DNA of 26,137 bases, taken from NCBI GenBank assembly GCA_000934665.2, contig KZ538284.1, positions 62,001 through 88,137 on the forward strand, written 5' to 3'. How positions within the stretch are numbered: position 1 is the first letter of the stretch; each line of letters opens with the position of its first letter. The translations under genes were made by a program, and so were the position numbers. The notes beneath the pieces are model-generated. The model saw only the letters and a program-made list of their open reading frames with translations. It made no database searches and was not told the DNA's origin. This stretch comes from Catajapyx aquilonaris (lineage: Eukaryota). This document shows positions 1 to 7,579 of this stretch, one piece after another.

Positions 1-310
1 TCTGTCATCATGGGACGGCAGTACAAATTTAGGAGAAATATTTGAACATAATGAAGTTAATTGGTCGTTAAGAGTTGATGAATAAATAAAAGCCAGGCAA
101 TGACAAGATGATCCCATAAGAGGCATGTCATGGGTATCTAATTATTGTCAGTATAAATTACTAATTGCTCGTTAACAACTTAAAGGAGCTCATAATCTTA
201 ATTAATTTTACCTTGGGATATCAGAATGTACTGTATTTGACAGCATATAACTTAAAGGAGCTCATAATATCTATTTTATTTAACCCTTAGTTCATATTGT
301 TCAAGATGTA

Positions 311-429
311 CCGTATTTGACGGCATATAATTTAATAGATCATATTCAGGAAAAAAGTGTATATTCGCACATAAGACGCAGCACGTTTTTTGGAGCAATT
401 TTTTGGAGGGAAAAGTGTGTCAAATACGG
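311..429. mobile_element. Small Tc1/mariner-pogo-type MITE
   Basis: TA|CCGTATTTGAC ... GTCAAATACGG|TA: 11-bp terminal inverted repeats with TA duplication. A degenerate copy of the left end lies at about 228-250. Confidence 0.6.
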
Positions 430-545
430 TAGGTAATTTTTCTGTAACAATTTGTCTGTCGTAATGTGCACAATGACACTTATTTTCATCGAAACTGCGT
501 TTGTTTTCTGAAATAAGCTCTAACAAGTAATCTTCCTTCGTACAG

Positions 546-3500
546 GCCAGCATTTCGCAACCCTGGTTCAGAAGTGCGAGGATGAGGACATGGTCAATCG
601 TGCCCTTTTGCACTGCTTCCCGGCCTGGGCCAAGTTATTTCCTGCGTTAGTGGATGCGACGCTTGGGAAGATTGTCAACAAAGCTTTAGAAAAAGATGCG
701 GCTCATGTCCTGTGCGCACTGGCCGAGTACCTCTTTCCAGCCGCCAAACCGTCTCAGGTGACACGCCAGCTTTTGGAGTCTGAATCCTTCTGGAAGCTAG
801 TGCAGGAAGGGTGCTGCAGCCAAGATTCGTGTCAGAGGAAGAGAGCACAGTTCCTTCTGAAGCGAGCAGTGGACAGCTGCAAATCCGGAAAGATTCGTGT
901 CACGTGCACGGCTTTCCGGTGGGACCCATCAGCTGCAGCTATTGAAGAGTGGACAAATATACTGGGTATTCTACAGGTAATCACCGCAATTAAAGTACTG
1001 ACTGCCGTAGTGTAATTATTAAGGAAATTGTCAGTTACGGTTGACTCAATCCTATACAAATTACTCTGTGTAATTGGTAGGATCAATTAAAAATTCCTCA
1101 GCACTACAGGAGTATCATTACGTAGCAATTACAGTAATTAAGCATAATGAGACTCTCGTGTGAATATGTCCAATAATTTTGCTTAATTTCGCAGGTTTTG
1201 GAGGAAAAGCAAGTGCACGTGATCAAGCCTGTACTGGGCAAATTAAATGCCGTGCTGGAGGCAGCCACGTCTGAACGACTGGACCTATCCTGGTACTTTC
1301 TACTACTGGGACGTACTTTCATTCACGAGAGTGGATTCATAGTCCGCTGGGGTGTGGTTCAGTTTTTGTCTGGATCGTGGTGTAAATGTGACGCAGTTGA
1401 AAGCTTCATCATGGGTCCGCTGTTGCAAACACTGAGCCAGCCAATGCTGTACAGTGACGATCAGGTCATTGACGCCTTGCTATCCTTTTTCGAGAGGATA
1501 TGGGACGGAAAGCAAGAATGGGCGGCGCAATTTTTGCCTCAGTTTCTGGATGCCGTGAGCGGAACACCTCGTGACCCACTTGCCCTGTTTTATATCGTCA
1601 AAGCATTGAACCGTGTCCCTTCTGTCCAGTGCAGTTCTGGAATTTTGAGGGCATTGAAAGAGACATTGTCGACATCGGTTCAGACTCGAAGCGGACTTCT
1701 GCGACTGGCCCTTCATCGTATTCTGGTGTTGGAGCTGCCTGTCCGGTTCTTGGATATGTCCAGCGTGGATCTGGATGAAATGGCCTCGCTACTCGGATGC
1801 TGCTCCTCCAGTCCCAGAGCCAACGTCAAAGCATGGAACAACATGTCTGGCTGGTTGAAGAATGCTGTCACATCAGATGCCGCTGCGGAATTTGTCTCTC
1901 TTCATTTCAATGGGTATTGTATTATCATAATATTGTGTTACGTATGACTGTTGCTGAATCTACTTCACAGAAATTCCAATCGAGTGGATGTCCATTCAGC
2001 TGTCCACATGTTCCTGCTTCTCTCCGATGCACAGTTGATTGATATGAACTCTTTCGTGTCACCCCTTCTGGACAACTTGGACGTATCTCCAGACCGGCTT
2101 TACGGCTGCATTGATATGGCATGTAAATCTCTGAAATTTCTAATTTGCCTGATGGAAGAAGCGCAGCACATGGACAGTTCTGTCCAAAACGCAATCAATT
2201 CCTTAATCGCTAAGAGAACAGACAGCCTCGTGCAGATGGCGCATCGAATGTGGTCTCCTGGAGTAACCAATTTGGACGACATGGACAATCTGGAAGTGGT
2301 GTTCACTTTTCTGGAGTCTGTCAGACCACTTCTGCCGATGGAGGCTGAACAAAGCATCTCGCGTGTGGCGCTAGAAAAAGCAAGCAACGTAAACTCGCAG
2401 ACTCCGATGGAGTACTACGTGGGAATTAAAGCTATCGGCTGGCTCGTAGCACACCCTCACGGAATTATGGTTTCAGAAATAATCCTAAAGCAGTCCTTGA
2501 AGCCAAAATGGGGGAAATTAAGTTCTCGAATTACATGTAGCTTGTGGAACAGCTGGAGCAATCACTTGAGATATGCTGGCGGCGCCAGTTTTTCCAAGGG
2601 AAAGTTGAAGTCCCTTCTGGACGATGCGCTGGACTCGCTTCTTACTGGCAGCCACGAGAGTCTCCCTCACATAATGGAATGCCTTCAGTTCGTGCTTCCA
2701 AGTCTTGCTCTCGGAAGTGGAAACATGTGGAGCACTTGCGAAGCGGCACTGGACTCATGCTGGAAAGCCTGTCTGCAGCTGAGGAAAAACCGTGCCTTCT
2801 GGACCACCGCCAGCAGCTTTGTCCGCATGGCTTTCCATCCGAAGCTGTTGTCCGAGCCGCATTTTCAGGACATTGCAACGAAGGTATAATTTTTTGCTTC
2901 GTGTGAATTTGCGTTAACTATTTTCCTGCTATTCCAGTACGGCCTGCTGATCTTGAGCCACGGAGAGAACATCCGGGGACTGGCTAACCTTCTCCTGGAC
3001 CATCTAACCACATCAATCCAGGACGGGCTGCTGGACATATCCGGCATATCCCCAGACGTCCTATTGGAAGCCGTTGTGTTTGGTCCGCTTCTGCGCAAAG
3101 ACCATCGTCTTCTGGACAGAACTTGCGAGAGGATTGCGTCAGAAGGAGAAGACTTCAGCGACACAGTCCCGGGAAGTCATCAAGCCAACTCCATGGTGCG
3201 AGTGGCGGCCTCGGAAATACTCTTGCAAATGGATGGTCCTGCAGCGCAGGGCATGTGCATCTTGATTCTCTCCAGAATGAAGCAGGAGAGAGAAAGGAGA
3301 CGGCGGTACTTTGGCGACTCGACCACGCATCGAGTTCTGCACCGTTGCATGCAGGCACTTCTCATCCTCCAGCCGTCCCTCACTGCGGACGCGTCCTGTC
3401 AGCTGATGGAAGCCGTGTCGCAACAACTGACGGAGGAGAACTCGCAGCCTAGCGTGCGGTACATGCAAGAGTGGCTACTAGTGCGTGTAATGGTCCAACA

Positions 3501-4834
3501 TGAGAAATTGAGGGAGAGGCTGTGGTGTTGCTTCGAGAGGTCCACCGAAGAGAAGGTGGGAAGCCTGGTGTCATTTGTGTCCGTGGCTGTTCATCTTGCT
3601 CGATGCTTAGACGATAACAAGTTCCTGGAAAAGTGCATACAAAACATTCTGCCGTGGTGCATGGCTCAAAACTTCAATGTCCGAGTTTATTCGCAGGTTA
3701 GTTGGAAGTTCCGTCTCGAATAGACTGAGAAATTAACATGTTTTTTCCATTCCAGGTGGCTCTCGGCAAGCTGTGGGAAGTTGCTAAAGGCACGACTCGT
3801 ATCCTGGAGAAGTATGATGCGGTGGTCGTCTGCCTCCAGCGACATGAGTCCGTGCAGGGCAATGCAGCTCGGAATCTTCACAAGCTCCAGGAAGACTTCT
3901 ACTTTTCAACGTTCCACCCGATGCATCATTTCTCGGCGCAAACCATCTTCTACGAACTTCCTCGGCTGGCCCGAATATCCTGCGACGAATGGATTCTGCC
4001 TGAACTGTTTTCGGACATGCCCAGACTTCCGAAACTCAACCCAACCCACGATCTTGAAGGGTGTGAGTCGGCCCAATGGGTGGTGAAGGCCGCTGGCGAG
4101 ACCGAGTTGGACGAGTGCGCAGACGCTGACTTCCAGGTGAAGATCTCGCCATGCAAAGGCATGGAGGAGCTTGTTGGGAGCGCCCAGCGTGGAAGGCCAC
4201 CTCCCAGCTCCTCCCAACTGGTGCTGGTGGCATCTCTGATTGAGCGCATGCCCAACTTGGGTGGGCTGTGCCGCACATGCGAGGCATTCGGAGTGAGCAA
4301 GCTGGTGGTGGGAAGCCTTAGGTGCGTCCAAGACCAGCAGTTCCGCAACCTGAGTGTGTCTGCCGAGAGGTGGGTGTCTCTGGAGGAAGTGCCGGTTCAC
4401 TCCCTACCAGACTTCATGAAGAGCATGAAGCAGAAGGGGTATCTCCTGGTGGGTGCCGAGCAGACGGCAAGGAGCACGGAGCTGCACCAGTTCAAGTTTC
4501 CTGCCAAGACGCTGCTTCTACTTGGGTAAATACATTTTCATAATGACATCGTGTATCGGAAAGTTACAGTCAAGTCTACATGGGCCAGTTGCGTTCAAGA
4601 GTAGTTCGCTCAACTTTGTTCACGTCTGGCCCCGCAGGTTATTACACCGTCAGTAAACGTTTGTTTTCTCTAATCCACAGAAATGAAAAGGAAGGAATTC
4701 CAGTTGAGATACTGGGGCTTCTGGATAAGTGCGTCAACATTCCCCAGCATGGATTCATCCGCTCTCTGAACGTCCATGTCGCTGGAGCTCTGTTTGTGTG
4801 GGAACACACTCGGCAGAACCTGTCTTCTAAATAA
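546..4834 (+). CDS. TARBP1: TARBP1/Trm3-like SpoU (SPOUT) tRNA Gm18 2'-O-methyltransferase, 5' part probably outside the window
   Basis: Phase-consistent GT-AG exons 546-976, 1195-1913, 1971-2883, 2938-3696, 3756-4525, 4681-4834. Long helical N-terminal region, then C-terminal SpoU motifs [58 protein letters not shown]. Confidence 0.93.
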
Positions 4835-5192
4835 TCGCTGGCTATTTCGTAAAAATGTACATAATGGAGTATCTTTTGGAATACAATTTTATATAAACAT
4901 GTAGCAGCATTTCTACTGGCGTGTCACCAGTGGTTAAGGTTATGAGGATCAAGACAGCTTTATGCTATTTGCACGGCAATATTTATTATTAAATTGCAAA
5001 ATACGTGGTACGTTATTTACAACTGAATTATCAGCTTCCAGTCACTGCCGATGTCTCGCGCATCTCTTTTCATACTTGAGGGCCTTCCGTCCATTCGATG
5101 ATGATGACGTTGAATCTGCATCAAGAAAAGTGACAATGTAACACGAGCCTACCCAATAAGTGATTGCTCTAAAACGTTGCAAATGAATCGGC

Positions 5193-5275
5193 GCTGCTCA
5201 GTAAAATGCGGTAACAAAACAACTGTACGTTATCACAGTATTCATAGGTGTCCCAAGTTGGTTCATCACAGCAGC
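5193..5275 (-). ncRNA. C/D box snoRNA, SNORD58-like (type A)
   Basis: GCTGCT-GTGATGA (box C)...CTTGGGACACCT-ATGA (D')...GTGATAA (C')...CTGA (D)-GCAGC with a terminal stem. Guide is antisense to conserved 28S AGGUGUCC(C/U)AAG. Box D is 82 nt from the acceptor. Confidence 0.88.
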
Positions 5276-5502
5276 TCATGCATTCAATGGAGGCGAGAAA
5301 CGAGCAGGACACAATGGTAATACCTGAAATGAGTTTTCTCCGTGGTCCCCTTCAGGTTGCTGCAGCAGATATCCTTCAAAAACTTGCACATCGCCCAGGG
5401 GCAATACTTCAGTTCGTAACACGGATGGCACAAACCTGGAAGTAAGATTGCCGAATGTATAAAACTGACTGGTATAACAGCCGACTTTTGCCGAGCTATA
5501 CA

Positions 5503-5590
5503 GAGCTCCTCAGTACAATCGGTAACAAAACAACTGTGTTTTAATCACATTATTCATTGGGTGTCCCAAGTTGGTTCATCACAGCAGCTC
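5503..5590 (-). ncRNA. C/D box snoRNA, SNORD58-like (type A, shifted guide)
   Basis: Box C GTGATGA 5582-5576; guide CTTGGGACACCCA-ATGA; box D CTGA 5513-5510; GAGCT/AGCTC stem; 74 nt from the acceptor. Confidence 0.85.
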
Positions 5591-5787
5591 ATGCATTCAA
5601 TCAACGAGGATGAGAAATTAGCACGAAACAATGTTAATACCTGAAATGAGTTCCCTGTGATGTTGGCGTAGCCGATATCCTTCAAAAACTTGCTGTCCAC
5701 CACTCCTTGGACTCTGCAAAAAATGACCATTTATAAAATCGCAGTTCAAAATGGCCTATTTTTATCATATTTAGACAAGGGAAGGAA

Positions 5788-5876
5788 TGTGCTCAGGACC
5801 ACGTAGGTCAATGTGATCTGTTTCCGTTTGAGATCAGGCGTCAGAGGTGTCCCAAGAAAATACTCGTCACTGCACA
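5788..5876 (-). ncRNA. C/D box snoRNA, SNORD58-like (type B)
   Basis: TGTGC stem, variant box C GTGACGA, guide TTCTTGGGACACCT-CTGA (D'), internal hairpin, box D CTGA 5796-5793; 79 nt from the acceptor. Paralog of 9964-10048. Confidence 0.8.
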
Positions 5877-6205
5877 ACTTCATGCACAATTAATGATCAT
5901 GCCAATTGAATCAAATCTTCATGCGAGGTCCACACTTCGTCAATGGAAATCAAATCCTTCAACATGTTACTAGTCAATTTTTGCTGAACCGCTTGAAGAT
6001 TTGAGTCTTACTAGTTTTAATGAAAATGTGTGGTAAAACAATTATGCAATTTCCAGCTTACCATAATCAGGAGAAGCCAGGGACGATCTTTTCCAGGCCA
6101 TGGACATTTCAGTTCGTAACATGGATGGCATAACCTGGAAGTAAGATTGCCGAGTGAATAAAACTGACTTGTACAACGACCGACTTTAGCAAACGAAACT
6201 GTACA

Positions 6206-6292
6206 GAGCTCCTCAGTAAATGCGGTAACAAAACAACTGTGTTTAATCACATTAATCATTGGGTGTCCCAAGTTGGTTCATCATAGCAGCTC
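6206..6292 (-). ncRNA. C/D box snoRNA, SNORD58-like (type A, shifted guide)
   Basis: Box C ATGATGA 6284-6278; guide CTTGGGACACCCA-ATGA; box D 6216-6213; GAGCT stem; 78 nt from the acceptor. Confidence 0.85.
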
Positions 6293-6543
6293 ATTTGTGA
6301 GTAACAATCACACAATGTCACAAACTCGAAGCATCTAAGGTTTATTTTTTAAAAAAAGGCACCGAAGGTAAAACAAATTCATCATATCCTTACCTTCATT
6401 AGGAGTCATCAATATCCAGGGATTATCTTTTTCAAGCCTGTACGGGTACTCGTTAAGATGGATGGCACAGACCTGGAATTAAAGTTGCAATGTCAGCAAA
6501 ACTGGCTTGTACAACGGCCGACTTTAGCAAACGGAGCTGTACA

Positions 6544-6630
6544 GAGCTCCTCAGTAATTGCGGTAACAAAACAACTGTGTTTAATCACATTAATCATTGG
6601 GTGTCCCAAGTTGGTTCATCATAGCAGCTC
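6544..6630 (-). ncRNA. C/D box snoRNA, SNORD58-like (type A, shifted guide)
   Basis: Box C ATGATGA 6622-6616; guide CTTGGGACACCCA-ATGA; box D 6554-6551; GAGCT stem; 78 nt from the acceptor. Confidence 0.85.
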
Positions 6631-6807
6631 ATTCGTATGAAAGGGCGAAACAATGTGTTTCAACTAATAAATCAACAAGTACCTGAAAGTGAGGTCCTTC
6701 CACAAGACGATCGTCCAGAGAATTAACCTTCCTGCGAAATGGATTTAAAGTACAAATTATTACACAGCCGCTGGCTTGCACGTTTCGTTACTATGCAGGT
6801 GACACAA

Positions 6808-6894
6808 TGTGCTCAGTATCACATGTGCCCATGTGATGTGATTGTCTCTGATCAGGATTCAGGTTGTCTCAAGGTAAATAATCATCACGGCACA
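6808..6894 (-). ncRNA. C/D box snoRNA, diverged type B paralog
   Basis: TGTGC/GCACA stem, box C GTGATGA 6888-6882, guide CCTTGAGACAAC-CTGA (D'), hairpin ATCACATG/CATGTGAT, box D 6816-6813; 81 nt from the acceptor. Confidence 0.82.
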
Positions 6895-7335
6895 ACTTCC
6901 GTATACTGATTCATTGGCACGTTGCACCGAAAACCAAGCCAAATTGCTTACCTTCAACATTCCATGCGGTGGCAGGTCACAAGCCTCGTCGTCTGGTATC
7001 CACCAGATGGAGCTGAAATATTTCGCATTACAGTTACTTGGAAGAGTAATATCAATTACTTGCTGTACTTACCAAACTGGTACGATGCAGAGGAAATGTA
7101 TTTCAAGAAACACTGGTTCAATGATATCAACATGTTTTAATTAAATTAGCCCTACCAATCAGATGGAGTCAACCAAATTTGTGAGTAAAAGTACAGAAAA
7201 TTTGTTATTAAACTTTATGTACGAAATGAAACATTCAAGTGACACAGAAGCCAAGCTCTTTGCAACGTTATGCGATTAAATTGTTATGCAGTCATCAAGG
7301 TCCCAATCCTGAGGAACGACGCTGTTGAGATCTCT

Positions 7336-7353
7336 TCAACGCAAAGTGTTCAC
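7336..7353 (-). CDS. CCT4: Second (distal) copy of the CCT4 last coding exon, VNTLR-stop
   Basis: CTTTTCCTTCAG|GTG AAC ACT TTG CGT TGA: strong acceptor, same phase and same peptide as the 7597-7580 exon. Confidence 0.8.
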   Translation of the reverse strand: MNTLR

Positions 7354-7425
7354 CTGAAGGAAAAGATGTAAAATTACTCTCGATTGGAAAAGCAATCGTC
7401 AAGTGCCTTGCTACAATGGACATCA

Positions 7426-7499
7426 ATTTGCTCAGATATCCTAAGCCATAAAATATCACGAATTGTCAAATAAGTTCGTCAGAATTCATCACAGCAAAT
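7426..7499 (-). ncRNA. C/D box snoRNA, target not identified
   Basis: ATTTGC/GCAAAT terminal stem, box C GTGATGA 7492-7486, D'-like TTGA and C'-like GTGATAT, box D CTGA 7435-7432; 78 nt upstream of the 7354 acceptor. Confidence 0.85.
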
Positions 7500-7579
7500 A
7501 AAATGGTTCAACAAAATAATGAAGCAACAACGAAAGATACTCACCATATCACTGGTTATGAAATACTGGTGCGATTCCG

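Larger units (their letters stand above)
4960..7100 (-). ncRNA. Spliced non-coding snoRNA-host exon chain downstream of CCT4 (3' extension of CCT4 or separate host lncRNA)
   Basis: Predicted minus-strand exons: ...-7073, 7012-6952, 6731-6683, 6472-6394, 6134-6062, 5713-5641, 5435-5324, 5115 to about 4960. All are flanked by pyrimidine-CAG acceptors and GTAAG/GTATT/GTACT donors. AATAAA lies at 4987-4982. No long ORF seen. Six of seven introns hold one C/D snoRNA. Both transcript ends are approximate. Confidence 0.8.

Noticed and set aside
6378..6386. Additional box C (ATGATGA) on the minus strand
   Set aside because: Only a few nucleotides from the donor, with no matching box D or terminal stem.
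5193..6630. Recurrent repeats with variable spacers resembling a CRISPR array
   Set aside because: Eukaryotic context, long irregular units and no cas genes. The repeats are duplicated snoRNA-intron-exon cassettes.
5248..7144. Short ORFs in the TARBP1-CCT4 interval (5248-5445, 6017-6271, 6458-6640, 6914-7144)
   Set aside because: They cross snoRNAs and splice sites, are not preserved between duplicate copies, and show no recognisable domain.
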